Origin: a virus | Virus record (IMG/VR): IMGVR_UViG_3300045988_165705 | Strand: one strand, 5' to 3' | Length of the DNA: 64,000 nt | Part shown: one piece after another, positions 9,025 through 18,826 of the stretch | Numbering within the stretch: the stretch's first letter is position 1 | Layout: every line of letters begins with the position of its first letter | Notes under the pieces: generated by a model | The model's database searches: none | Seen by the model: the letters and a program-made list of their open reading frames with translations, nothing else | What the model was told of the DNA's origin: nothing | Program-made: the position numbers and the translations under genes

Positions 9025-10746
9025 CTATTTTATTTTTGGCGGCTTAAACATGAAGAAATCACTGGAGTTAAATTCTGCCGCCTTTGTGCGGATAAGCTTA
9101 CTCTCAAGCTGTGCCGCCACATAGTAGTTATAGCTAAGGCTGGAATAGCGGTCTTTCCGCATACCTGCCCGTTCAAAAATCTTTACCCGTCCACCGGACT
9201 CGTCATGCTGTAGTTTGACCAGTTCGTCAACCAACAAGGTCGTGTGGATATACGGCATCTGCAGCCTGACCTTTTCAGCGGGTGAAAGGCTGGCGTATCC
9301 TCTGATTTCAGACAGGATGTTTTCCGCCTCATACTCCGTAACGAGAAGGCGTATCTTGCCGCTTCGGAAACCCTCACGCAGCAGGACGGCACATTCGGAG
9401 TTCAGCGCAGGATTGCCCTTGATTGCCCAGATGACTTTATCTGCGCCCTTTACCGTGCATCTGTCTGCCATCTCCTGATTGTTACAACAGGACAGAGCAG
9501 GATAGATTTCACCGCTTTCCGGGTCAACCATATCTCGAACCAAAGCATCATACACGCCGAGTCCAAGCCCGGTGCAGTCCAGCACGATATAGTCACAATC
9601 GAACTCGTCGTAAAGCTTGCGGATAACCAACGCCTGGTCTTCTGTATGAAGCCCCTCTGAGGAGTCACCATAAATGATGTTGCTTGTGTATCTCCCTGAT
9701 TTGGTCGGAAGCATCTGGTTGATGAACACAGCCGTTGCGTCGTTGTTATGCTTCTTGCTGGACATCAACGCAATATCAGCAGACAAGATTCGTTTTTCAC
9801 CAAGTTGCTTTGGCTGGATTTTGATTTTGTTGTTGCCAAGGAGGACAGAAATGCGCTCCGGCAGCATGGGATATTTAATGCGCCTGTTCTTCGAGATGGA
9901 GTTGAACTCAAAGAACGAACCGTCCGTATCGCCAAACCAAAGGGCGTCCATTTCCATACTCCATTTCACTTCACTGAAGTCAGACTCTGACATCTGGTCT
10001 GCCACATCCTCTTTGAACAGAAGACCCTCTTGAATTGCCAGTTGATACGGGAATCCACACACGAAGTCTTTCCGCTTATCGTCCAGCATGAACCGGCAGT
10101 TGTCCTCAGCTTTGGTATAAGACCAATGGTCTTTGAAGTAGGCAGATGAAAGATACAGCGTCTTGTTGCGCTCCGCCAAGTGCTTATAGGCTGGATTGTT
10201 CAGATATCCGGGAAGTCTCGGGTTCGTCAGGAACTTACGGAGAATCGTGTCGATAATATCCTTGGATACCATGCGATACTCATCAATCAGCAGAATGTTG
10301 GCACGATTGCCTCGTGCATTATCACTGGCGGTAACGACCTTAATAAATGAACCGTTCTTAAATACAATCTGCGCATTGGTCGCATTTATCTTGGTCTGCT
10401 TATCGTCAATCTCATTACACAGCTCCGGCGAGCATGGCCGCAATTCTGTTTGTATCTTTTCAAGCACATTGATACTCTGACCCCGTGTGCCGGAGGCGAT
10501 GCATATCTTTGTACCGGGGTACAAGATACAACGGATACAGCAGAAGATTGCCGATAAGAATGTTTTACCCAGACCTCGACTTGCAATAAAAACAAATGTC
10601 GTGGAGACATTCATCATCACCAGCAATATCTTCTGAAAAAGATGCAAGTCCAGATGCAGGTAGTCCTTTGCAAACCGATGGGGGTTCGCTCGATAATAGG
10701 CGCACCATACGGCGGCGCCGCTCATAATGCGCTCTTGTCGTGTCAC
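9025..10746 (-). CDS. terL: terminase large subunit
   Basis: 573 aa with Walker A 'ASRGLGKT' and Walker B 'ILLIDEY'. The GTG start overlaps the upstream stop (GTGA). Confidence 0.9.
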   Translation of the reverse strand: MTRQERIMSGAAVWCAYYRANPHRFAKDYLHLDLHLFQKILLVMMNVSTTFVFIASRGLGKTFLSAIFCCIRCILYPGTKICIASGTRGQSINVLEKIQTELRPCSPELCNEIDDKQTKINATNAQIVFKNGSFIKVVTASDNARGNRANILLIDEYRMVSKDIIDTILRKFLTNPRLPGYLNNPAYKHLAERNKTLYLSSAYFKDHWSYTKAEDNCRFMLDDKRKDFVCGFPYQLAIQEGLLFKEDVADQMSESDFSEVKWSMEMDALWFGDTDGSFFEFNSISKNRRIKYPMLPERISVLLGNNKIKIQPKQLGEKRILSADIALMSSKKHNNDATAVFINQMLPTKSGRYTSNIIYGDSSEGLHTEDQALVIRKLYDEFDCDYIVLDCTGLGLGVYDALVRDMVDPESGEIYPALSCCNNQEMADRCTVKGADKVIWAIKGNPALNSECAVLLREGFRSGKIRLLVTEYEAENILSEIRGYASLSPAEKVRLQMPYIHTTLLVDELVKLQHDESGGRVKIFERAGMRKDRYSSLSYNYYVAAQLESKLIRTKAAEFNSSDFFMFKPPKIK

Positions 10747-11783
10747 TCAGCGATACTCGCTTTGTCCGAGCTGAAGATGTCGTTGAACATTGCCTCATCA
10801 TCTTCATCCTCGTATTCAGGGCGTTCAATACGCATCTTGGCAATTTCATCTTCGTACAACTTGCAGTATGTATTCTTAATGCCAAGCATTTTGCAAAGAT
10901 GTCCCAGGAACCAAATCGTGATGTAGCGAACGATTCCGTCCACATCCTTCAGCTCCGGGTCTGGTTCGGGAATAGGCTTCGTGTTTTCCCACTTCCGAAT
11001 CCACACACCGAACGGCGTCCCATCGACCGCCGCATCTGCGCCCTCTTTTTTCTGCGCAGGTTTCAAGTTCATACTGCCAAGCAGCGTATTGAGAGCGTTG
11101 ACATTCTTATCAATCGCCTTTCCCTGCGCACTATCACGACTGATTGTCGCTTCCAAAATACAAATCTGTTTATACAGAGACCGTTCACTCGGTTCCACAA
11201 CAGGAACGCCGTTTGTCCAGTCCTGATAGCGTCGCTCAAGCTCTACATAAAAATCGGATGTAAAGCCCGCCCCCCAGAAGTCAACAAGCCTCTGCTCAAC
11301 CGGTGTTTCTTCGATTTCATCCGAAGTCTGCAAATGTTCAAGACAGACGCTATTATCCGGCTGCTGACAGTTCATCGCAGTACCCTCTGCGATAGTGTCG
11401 TCAAAGGTCTTGTCAATATATCGAATCAGGTTGGTCTTTCCGATATAATTGCGAATACGGGAATTGACGCCTGCGGTGCGCTCCACCATGTTATAGATAT
11501 CTTCATTCCAATACAGGTCAAGCTTCATACACATCCGACGCATGGCCTCTTTGTCATCGCCGAGAGATGCTCTGTACTGTTCATACATATCCTCTACACA
11601 GTCGTTGCAGATAGGGAGATAGCCGGAACCGCGGTACATCAGACTGTGGCTGACAGGGAAATAACCCTTTTTGCGGCTATACGATGTGCCGCATCTGCAG
11701 CAGTAAAACTTCTGAGAGGTTTGGAGAGTCATTGAGTCATCTGTGGTCTTTTCAAGTTTTCTGCGTCTCGGGGTGTCTGCCAT
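10743..11783 (-). CDS. small terminase subunit candidate / DNA-recognition protein with N-terminal Cys4 motif
   Basis: 346-aa ORF directly upstream of and overlapping terL. Contains 'CCRCG...PICNDC'. Identity rests on position only. Confidence 0.45.
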   Translation of the reverse strand: MADTPRRRKLEKTTDDSMTLQTSQKFYCCRCGTSYSRKKGYFPVSHSLMYRGSGYLPICNDCVEDMYEQYRASLGDDKEAMRRMCMKLDLYWNEDIYNMVERTAGVNSRIRNYIGKTNLIRYIDKTFDDTIAEGTAMNCQQPDNSVCLEHLQTSDEIEETPVEQRLVDFWGAGFTSDFYVELERRYQDWTNGVPVVEPSERSLYKQICILEATISRDSAQGKAIDKNVNALNTLLGSMNLKPAQKKEGADAAVDGTPFGVWIRKWENTKPIPEPDPELKDVDGIVRYITIWFLGHLCKMLGIKNTYCKLYEDEIAKMRIERPEYEDEDDEAMFNDIFSSDKASIAE

Positions 11784-12095
11784 TTACATCCGCCCCCTTT
11801 TATGATTTCCCTCCCACAGCTTAACGGCCATACGCATTTTGTTGCCAGGGTAAAAGCGGGGAATCCAGTGCGCAGGGACATCGACCTTCTCCCCGGTCTG
11901 TGGGTTCGGACAGCTTCGCGCCTTGCGTTCCAAAATATCGAAACAACCGAAGTTGTGAATTGAAATTGTATTGCCCTCTTCGAGATTTTCCAAAATAAGA
12001 TTGGTAAAATCATCAACAATGCTTGTGGCGGCCTTCTTCGTGTAGCCATGCCTGTCCACAAGCTGCTGGATTAAATCGACCCTTTTAATATCCAT
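11784..12095 (-). CDS. HU/IHF-family DNA-binding protein
   Basis: 103 aa. 'GYTKKAATSIVDDF...FGCFDILERKARSCPNPQTGEKVDVPAHWIPRF' matches the HU/IHF arm signature. RBS AAGGAAGG. Confidence 0.85.
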   Translation of the reverse strand: MDIKRVDLIQQLVDRHGYTKKAATSIVDDFTNLILENLEEGNTISIHNFGCFDILERKARSCPNPQTGEKVDVPAHWIPRFYPGNKMRMAVKLWEGNHKRGRM

Positions 12096-12112
12096 CCTTG
12101 CCTTCCTTTCCG

Positions 12113-13144
12113 TTACAGGTCTGACAGTGACTTCTGTGCGTCAGACCGAATATCACCATTCTCGTCAAAGTACTGCGAAATCTGTTCCTCTGCGCTCAGG
12201 TCTTTATAAACGCGAACCATGTCAGCAGATTCCCACCCGATGATGTCTTGAATGATATTGTCTGGCAAACCGAGCTTGGAAAGGTGCGTTGTAAAGTAAT
12301 GCCGCAGACTGTGCCAGTAAAAATCTTCACCTGTCATCCTGCTAAAGGTGTTCGCCCAGCTGTTGAGCGTTGTCTCACTCATTTGTTCACTTGTCGTTCC
12401 AGCAGGAAACAGCCACTCACTTTCAATACCAAGTTCCGTCCGTTCACGCATCCATGCATCAAAATATGGTTTGAACTTTTTTGCCAGCGTGTAGCAGTAA
12501 ATGTATTTGCCCAGGCCGAACCCTTTTGTCTGAATCGGTTCACTGGTCTTGTACAACGCCCCGCCGCATACAAGGTTGTCATTTTTGAAATCGTCAACCC
12601 GGAATCGGCAAAGCTCTGCCTTGCGTCGCCCACTGCACATAGCGAGAGCCACGGCACAGGCCTTTTTGTTTTGCCCGGAAGCAAGCAGGTCATCAAGCAG
12701 CTTGTCCAGCGCTTCGTCGCTCCACACCGTTTTCTTTCGCACCTGCTGCATAGCTGGGTTCTCTATCTTCCTTACGGTAGAACGGAACCCCTTAAACTCG
12801 TCTTCATCATCCAAGATGTTCTCCACATAGTTGGAGAGCGAAGAAATTGCAGACTTCAAACGCCGCACACGAGCGGGAGAATTACCGTTCTCATTGATGA
12901 GCCAATGCTGATATGCGGCATAGTCGCGCTTGGAGATTTTCGGGAAAAACTTGTTCCCGTTGTTCTGCAAGTTCCAAACCCAGAAAATATCAAGGTCATT
13001 TGCGTAGCCCGCAATCGTCTTCGGACTGCGCTGCACAGACTGCAGATAAGCAATAAAATCCTGCTTTAGCCGGATGTTTTCCGGGTTGACCTGACTTAAA
13101 AGCTCAGGGCTTGTGATTTCGTTTTGCTTTGTTTTTCGGGGCAT
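12113..13144 (-). CDS. tyrosine recombinase / phage integrase
   Basis: 'WHSLRHYFTTHL' (HxxR) and 'GWESADMVRVYKD' (catalytic Tyr). Start moved to ATG 13144 (GAGGTGG RBS) because the ORF-track start at 13189 overlaps the tRNA. Confidence 0.85.
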   Translation of the reverse strand: MPRKTKQNEITSPELLSQVNPENIRLKQDFIAYLQSVQRSPKTIAGYANDLDIFWVWNLQNNGNKFFPKISKRDYAAYQHWLINENGNSPARVRRLKSAISSLSNYVENILDDEDEFKGFRSTVRKIENPAMQQVRKKTVWSDEALDKLLDDLLASGQNKKACAVALAMCSGRRKAELCRFRVDDFKNDNLVCGGALYKTSEPIQTKGFGLGKYIYCYTLAKKFKPYFDAWMRERTELGIESEWLFPAGTTSEQMSETTLNSWANTFSRMTGEDFYWHSLRHYFTTHLSKLGLPDNIIQDIIGWESADMVRVYKDLSAEEQISQYFDENGDIRSDAQKSLSDL

Positions 13145-13176
13145 ACAAGCCACCTCGCTTTCTGTAGAATTAAAAC

Positions 13177-13251
13177 TGGTTGCGGGCACCGGAGTTGAAC
13201 CGATTCCTCAAGGTTTATGAGACCTGCGACTTAACCGCTTGTCCTGCCCGC
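13177..13251 (-). tRNA. tRNA-Met or Ile2 (CAT)
   Basis: The reverse complement folds as a cloverleaf with acceptor GCGGGCA/TGCCCGC, anticodon loop CTCATAA, T-loop TTCAACT and an encoded CCA. One mismatch in the anticodon stem. Confidence 0.75.
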
Positions 13252-13255
13252 AATA

Positions 13256-13341
13256 TGGTGGGAGAGGTTGGATTTGAACCAACGCAGCCCGAAGGCGGCA
13301 GATTTACAGTCTGCTGTAATTGACCGCTCTACCACTCTCCC
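13256..13341 (-). tRNA. tRNA-Tyr (GTA), long variable arm
   Basis: Acceptor GGGAGAG/CTCTCCC, anticodon arm GCAGA-CTGTAAA-TCTGC, T arm GTTGG-TTCAAAT-CCAAC, CCA encoded. Confidence 0.85.
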
Positions 13342-13347
13342 AAAGTA

Positions 13348-13423
13348 TGGTGAGGTCGGAGGGAATCGAACCCATCGTTACCGCCGTGAAAGGGCGGTGT
13401 CTTAGCCGCTTGACCACGACCCC
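13348..13423 (-). tRNA. tRNA-Glu (TTC)
   Basis: Acceptor GGGGTCG/CGACCTC, anticodon arm CCGCC-CTTTCAC-GGCGG, CCA encoded. The T stem has only 3 clean pairs. Confidence 0.7.
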
Positions 13424-13474
13424 GTGTAAAAAACTTATATTCTGCGTCAAAGCGAATGCGGCGGGGTGGAGGGG

Positions 13475-13786
13475 TTAGACGCAGAAGCCGAAAGCGACGC
13501 CACAACTGAAGCTGGCGAAGCAACGGCTGGCGGAGCCGGAGCTGTAGACACAACAGAAAAAACCGCTGTCGCCAGAATAAGGAGAACGCTCCCACCAGTC
13601 GTTAGCGGAGCCACCTTTGTTCTTTACCTTCGAGTTGCCCGCCTTGTAATAGGCGTACTGCGTTCCTTCGCCGGAGACGGAGTAGGTGTGCCGAAGCCCA
13701 ACAAAATCAGAAGAGGGCTGCCCATCACGGACAGCCCTCGCGGGTTGTTTATTGAAGAGGAACGCTGTAAGAGCAACGGACTCCAT
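13475..13786 (-). pseudogene. truncated C-terminal copy of the DUF6273-like gene at 32160..32819
   Basis: The last ~85 codons (...WWERSPYSGDSGFFCCVYSSG...CGVAFGFCV) parallel the C-terminus of 32160..32819. No SD precedes the candidate ATGs (13786/13792). Overlaps the 3' end of the upstream gene in another frame. Confidence 0.4.
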
Positions 13787-14915
13787 CTGCATCGCAGACG
13801 CATACCATCTGTTCCGCTTTCCCATAGATTCGCTTCTGCACGCAGTAGTCGTCCATACCGAGAAAGCTTCCTGCCATAATGGTTTTAACGCCCTGCACTT
13901 CATCCATTTTGTTATGATGCAAGTGCCCGGACAACACAGCGTACAGCGGGGTTCTTGCCATTGTCTGCAATGCCTGCACTTTGCTGGCGGAACCATCAAA
14001 ATCTCCGTGGACGCCACAGTATGTCTTGCCACGGATATTGATAAGATACATGGTGCTGTCGATTTTGACGGAGCTTCCTTCCGCTGCACCGATAGTTACA
14101 TTCTCAAAGTTTTGTAATCGTGCGCCGAGATACCACTCGACCAAGTCATCTAAACGCTCGCTGAGCAAAGCGTCATCCTTGTTTGGCGTAATGCGGCTGT
14201 GATTACCCGCCACACTAACAAACACCACAGACTTGAAATGCTTGCTCAGTTCGGCAATAAACTCTGCAATCAATTCTGAAACGCCCTTGATTTGCTCAAT
14301 CACATTTTCTTTGTTGGTGATGGCAATAGACTGATGAATGTTCCCGCTGATAGCGTCGCCATTTGACCAGACGATACAGTTCTCACTGCCATGAGTCTCA
14401 CCAATAGCGATGACCTTATCCAGATACCGGCACATCATCTCTCGGCACACATTTGAGTTGTATGTATTCCAATGGTTGTCCACATCCGCGCCATAGTGAA
14501 TATCATTGAGGCTGACCAACAGGTCGTTGTCAGACGGCTCGATGTGGCACGGCTCATAGGCAAGGCGAGGTAAATTTCCGTTCCTGACTGCCTCCACAAG
14601 AATCTCGTTAAGTTCCTCCTGTCGGGAACGCTCACGAATCAGTTTGTTGAATGCATTTCTCTGGTCAAAGAACTTCTGCCGCTCCTTAAGCAGTTCAATG
14701 CGTCTGGCCTCCAATGCAGATAACTGCTCTTCGTCGCATACGGCAGCCTCGCCATCACGCTCGATAGCTTCGATGATAGTACGCATCCCGTACATCCGCT
14801 TCCGGACTTCACTGGAGTTGAAGCAGTTGCCCTCACCAAACAGACGCTCACTCAAGTCCTCGTACTCATCGTCTATGGTGTGGTCAACCAACTTTCCCAT
14901 AACGATGTCGCGCAT
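13749..14915 (-). CDS. calcineurin-like metallophosphoesterase with N-terminal coiled-coil region
   Basis: Motifs 'LNDIHYG', 'NGDAISGNIH', 'VAGNHSR', 'GVHGD' and 'SGHLHH'. Confidence 0.8.
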   Translation of the reverse strand: MRDIVMGKLVDHTIDDEYEDLSERLFGEGNCFNSSEVRKRMYGMRTIIEAIERDGEAAVCDEEQLSALEARRIELLKERQKFFDQRNAFNKLIRERSRQEELNEILVEAVRNGNLPRLAYEPCHIEPSDNDLLVSLNDIHYGADVDNHWNTYNSNVCREMMCRYLDKVIAIGETHGSENCIVWSNGDAISGNIHQSIAITNKENVIEQIKGVSELIAEFIAELSKHFKSVVFVSVAGNHSRITPNKDDALLSERLDDLVEWYLGARLQNFENVTIGAAEGSSVKIDSTMYLINIRGKTYCGVHGDFDGSASKVQALQTMARTPLYAVLSGHLHHNKMDEVQGVKTIMAGSFLGMDDYCVQKRIYGKAEQMVCVCDADGVRCSYSVPLQ

Positions 14916-14948
14916 TTCTTTATAGCTTGCTGTATTGGTGCCTATGGC

Positions 14949-15137
14949 TTACACTCCCTTTCGCTTGTCACGAGGACGCTCCTGCCCGCGCAGACTGCGC
15001 AGCAGCCGCATGGGTGCGCCTTCTTCGACCATATAATAATGATGCCGTTTCGAGTCGCTCTTCATCGTGCGCACAATGTGAACACGGGGGAACTTCTCAC
15101 AAATGGCCTCTTTTTCAGATAAAGTAATTGCAATCAC
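14949..15137 (-). CDS. small hypothetical protein
   Basis: 62-aa ORF on the same strand and in the same operon-like run. Confidence 0.5.
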   Translation of the reverse strand: MIAITLSEKEAICEKFPRVHIVRTMKSDSKRHHYYMVEEGAPMRLLRSLRGQERPRDKRKGV

Positions 15138-15268
15138 TGAACTATCATCCTTTGCTTCAAATTTCTATTTTATAGGTTTGCTATTATCATTCATTACTAC
15201 ACCCCATCAAACACGCCCTTTTGCCTTGTGGCACAACGGTTTGACGGGGGTACTTTTTGTAAACAGAT

Positions 15269-16036
15269 TCAGTTTTTCAAAGCCTGTCTTCGGCGCATTA
15301 CTGAATTAACAATCTGCCTTGTGTGCAGCTCTACGGCACAGTTGGGGCAATACTTCTGCGGGCGGCCTTTAGCGGGTTCCTGCATCTTCACAGTCAGGCC
15401 GCAGTTCTCGCACTCAAAGTACTGCCCGCCATAATGCTTCATGTACTGAAAGCCGAGATTGCGAAAGTCCTGAATATGTATCGCTGTCTTACCGTTTTCC
15501 ATAAAACATACCTGTACATTTAGGTTGTCAATCTTTTTGGAAAACCGAATAAAGCCAGCACTGCGCAGCTCTGCGAACATCAAACTCTGCCGCTTGATAG
15601 AGGTATTGATATTCGCCATCTGCATAACCTCCTTGTCAGAACTGTTGACCCAATGGTTATTCTTGTCGGATGCAGCATCCCAGTACTTTGCAACGCACAA
15701 CAGAGTAAACGCCAATCGCCGGAGCTGCTTACCCTCAAGCGTCTCAATCTTTCGCAGCTCGTTCTCAGTGATGTCAACTCCGTCCAGCCGAATCAATGGA
15801 AACTTGGCCGCATTCTTTGTCAGCTTGTCCAGAATGTCCGACCACTGGACAAGTGAGACGGACGGGTCGCACTGCAGCATAAAGGAGTCGAGCAACCGTC
15901 GAATCTCCTTTTTGCTGTACTGGTTCTCATAGTAATATCTCGAAATGCGGCTAAGGGTCTCCACGGGCTTTGGGCCGAGGTCATGGTTGTTCAGCATTCT
16001 CTCCGCCCAGTCATATTCGTTAAGAACAATGCTCAT
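15269..16036 (-). CDS. hypothetical protein with C-terminal zinc ribbon
   Basis: 255 aa. 'CENCG...CPNC' near the C-terminus. Its start overlaps the end of the upstream RNAP-like gene. Confidence 0.65.
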   Translation of the reverse strand: MSIVLNEYDWAERMLNNHDLGPKPVETLSRISRYYYENQYSKKEIRRLLDSFMLQCDPSVSLVQWSDILDKLTKNAAKFPLIRLDGVDITENELRKIETLEGKQLRRLAFTLLCVAKYWDAASDKNNHWVNSSDKEVMQMANINTSIKRQSLMFAELRSAGFIRFSKKIDNLNVQVCFMENGKTAIHIQDFRNLGFQYMKHYGGQYFECENCGLTVKMQEPAKGRPQKYCPNCAVELHTRQIVNSVMRRRQALKN

Positions 16037-18560
16037 TGAATTCCTCCAGTCTCTTTTGTTTCAGGGTAAAGCGGTTCCCGCAAAACACGATTTCTCCGGC
16101 GGGGTCAATGGTCGGATAGGAAATCAATCCGTCATGTTTGTTCAGCAGATTGCGGATGATTTCATTTCCGCACATCTCCCATGCAAACCGCTTGGTCGAG
16201 CTCTTCCGGTAGCAAATGTCCAATACGATGTCGCACAAGGCGAACCGATTGGAGCATACCTTGCTGCACTCCTGCTCGAACTCCGTGCGCATCTCCATCA
16301 TTTTGGAGAAGGTGTCGTACTCGTCTACTCGTTCGTAGTTCGCAAACACAGCATAGCTGCGCAGCCGGTGGTTATAATTCTCATACAGCTTCAGAATTGC
16401 GTTATACTGTGAGCGGGTATAAGCGGCGCCACTTTTCATGACGGTGTAGTCAAACTCTGTCTCTGCACTGTGCCGTCCGAGATACCCGTCAAACTCCTGC
16501 TCAAAACGACGGCATATTCTGTTCATCACGCAATTGTGATTGCCAACCGGCATCCGGGACTCGTAATAGCGGAGGAAATCCTTCTGCCGGTCACTCAGTT
16601 CCGCAGGCGGCAGCTCCAGCAATTCGTCCACCGTCATTTGGAATTCCCGCATGGCGGTCTTGTTGGTGTTCTTTATGTATGTATTGTACTGCTTCATCAG
16701 TGTAGGGTAGATAATGCGCATGAAGTACGGCTTCTTGTCTGCTACGATTTTCTGATAAAAGCGTCGCTTGGCTGGGTCTTCAATGGTGTTGACGCTGTGG
16801 CGGTCATGCCACTCTCTCGGCATGGGCTTGGCAATAATTCCTTTGGCCTTGTCAATGGCGTTCTGCTGGAATAGCTGTCCGCACTTGATGCGATAATCAA
16901 GCGCCTCGTATTCCTTGCTGCCCTTTTTGAACTGCGCCCGCACATCAAACATGGAGGTAATCCAGTTCGTTGTCTTCCCGATATCGTCACCAAAGCTGTC
17001 GATGTTCGCCTGAATGAAGTCCGCTTCGGTGACGATTTTCTTTTTGGCATTACGCTGCACGCACATCAGCGCAGGAAGTTCCTTCAGGTTGCGGACGAGA
17101 ACATCGTTGTCGGTCAACATCACAAGGTCGCCATCTTTATCCATACCATTCAGAGCATGGGCAGCAGTATCCCACGAATTGAAGATAGTGCAGGTCGTCA
17201 TATACTGATACCAGTAGGCTGCCGCTTCGCTATGATTCGGATATACCAGCCGAATGTTATTGTGGCAGGTCATTGGTGCTCGATAGCAAGCCAACTTCTG
17301 TGTGCCCTGTCGGCACCAGTGCTGGTTATAGATTTCACCGGCTTTCAGCAGCCCCGTCACCGGCATGGCAAAAATGTGCTGGCAGAGAGAATAGGGGTCG
17401 CCGGACACAATGGAATAATTCCCGTGTACCTTCAACACGCCAACCTTAGCCTCGTTGATGCGGTTCTTTATCATCTGGTAGACGCTGCTCTGCACATAGG
17501 GGTCGTTGAGAATATGGGGCTCAATCATCAGCGCCTTTATGAAGTCGTTTTCCATGCAGCCGACATTCTCTTCGTTCAGTCCCGCACCTTTGAGAAACAG
17601 AACAGTCTTTACCCAATCGGCGTACAGCACATCCTTTATCTCATCCATTGTCGGCTTGATAAGCTGCTCCATATCTGCGTCATCCAACTCATAGCTCTGA
17701 ATGAATTGGTAATTCAGAGTTCTTTCACTTTCCAGTTCTCTTGGGCAGGTCTTTGCAACGCCGAAGGTATAGCCGTTCCTGAGACAGTTCTGCACATAGT
17801 CATCGCAGCTATCATAGGCATCCCACAGCTTCAACATGGATGTTGTCAGTATCAGTTCCACATTCCGCACATCCACATCGTTACCCCATGCGTCTTTGAC
17901 AATGTAAGTTCCGGCGACATTCTTGGCAAAGTCCAAAAAGTCAAAGGTGAATACCATGCCCTTCTCCCATGAGAATCTGGTGTTCACTCCGCTGACAAGA
18001 TAGTCAAGCTCAAGCTCCTCTGACCACCGCCTTGCCAAAGACGGCAGCATCAAACCGTACCCGTCCGACTCTTTAAGTTGTACGGTCGCTTGCTTACGCT
18101 CCTCCATCACAGGTTCTCCGTCGCCCTCATCGTTCAGGTAAATGATATCGGATAGGAACTCCGTCTCACAGTCGCTCACTACCAGAATGCCGTGCGGCAT
18201 GGACACCGGGATAGATGCGCTACAGGTCAATGCGTTGTAGGCTTCCAACTTGGCGGGAACCATCGCCTTTTCCATATTGCGGCCATTGTTGATGCGCCTG
18301 CGGATTTCATCTGCGTGCCGTTCGCTGACAAAGACAATCGTCTCATTCTTGACGCCGCCGTTTGTCCCCAAGAGCCGTTGATACTTGATGCCGTTAATGC
18401 TGAAACCACGGCAGGCACGGTGATAGTCTTTCTCTTTGTCGATGATAACGCACAGATAATCCGGCTTGAATTGGATGGTGTCCAGTTGTGCATAAAGCTG
18501 CTTGATACGGCGGCGGTTCTGCACGCTGTTCTGCTCTTTGCGTAGCCGTCGAATCTCCAT
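16020..18560 (-). CDS. YonO-like / RdRP-like single-subunit two-barrel RNA polymerase (candidate)
   Basis: 846 aa. 'ALNGMDKDGDLVMLTD' fits the DxDGD catalytic loop, preceded by 'YRAPMTCHNNIRLV'. Size is close to SPbeta YonO. The frame is open for a further 70 codons upstream. Confidence 0.55.
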   Translation of the reverse strand: MEIRRLRKEQNSVQNRRRIKQLYAQLDTIQFKPDYLCVIIDKEKDYHRACRGFSINGIKYQRLLGTNGGVKNETIVFVSERHADEIRRRINNGRNMEKAMVPAKLEAYNALTCSASIPVSMPHGILVVSDCETEFLSDIIYLNDEGDGEPVMEERKQATVQLKESDGYGLMLPSLARRWSEELELDYLVSGVNTRFSWEKGMVFTFDFLDFAKNVAGTYIVKDAWGNDVDVRNVELILTTSMLKLWDAYDSCDDYVQNCLRNGYTFGVAKTCPRELESERTLNYQFIQSYELDDADMEQLIKPTMDEIKDVLYADWVKTVLFLKGAGLNEENVGCMENDFIKALMIEPHILNDPYVQSSVYQMIKNRINEAKVGVLKVHGNYSIVSGDPYSLCQHIFAMPVTGLLKAGEIYNQHWCRQGTQKLACYRAPMTCHNNIRLVYPNHSEAAAYWYQYMTTCTIFNSWDTAAHALNGMDKDGDLVMLTDNDVLVRNLKELPALMCVQRNAKKKIVTEADFIQANIDSFGDDIGKTTNWITSMFDVRAQFKKGSKEYEALDYRIKCGQLFQQNAIDKAKGIIAKPMPREWHDRHSVNTIEDPAKRRFYQKIVADKKPYFMRIIYPTLMKQYNTYIKNTNKTAMREFQMTVDELLELPPAELSDRQKDFLRYYESRMPVGNHNCVMNRICRRFEQEFDGYLGRHSAETEFDYTVMKSGAAYTRSQYNAILKLYENYNHRLRSYAVFANYERVDEYDTFSKMMEMRTEFEQECSKVCSNRFALCDIVLDICYRKSSTKRFAWEMCGNEIIRNLLNKHDGLISYPTIDPAGEIVFCGNRFTLKQKRLEEFNEHCS

Positions 18561-18826
18561 CTTGATTTCCTTTGCTCTGGCCTCGGCATCGGTAATCCCG
18601 TTCAGCTCATCCAGCCAGCGCAGTACCTGGCTGTCTGCAAGCGAAATAACCTCATCGTTCCGCCTCGCTTCCGCTATGGGCAGCGTTAGCTTCCACTTGG
18701 CCTTTCGCAGTCTGCTGCTATGCAGTTTGAAGATATACTTCTGACATACTAACTGTTTTGCCAGACTCGCTCACCTCACAGTTGTATTTTATTTAATTGC
18801 TATGATATAAGAAAAATAATACAGCC

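Noticed and set aside
13749-13786. Programmed frameshift fusing the metallophosphoesterase to the DUF6273-like C-terminal fragment.
   Set aside because: I could not find a slippery heptamer or stimulatory structure in the 38-nt overlap. The phosphoesterase ends at a natural domain boundary. A gene remnant is the simpler explanation.
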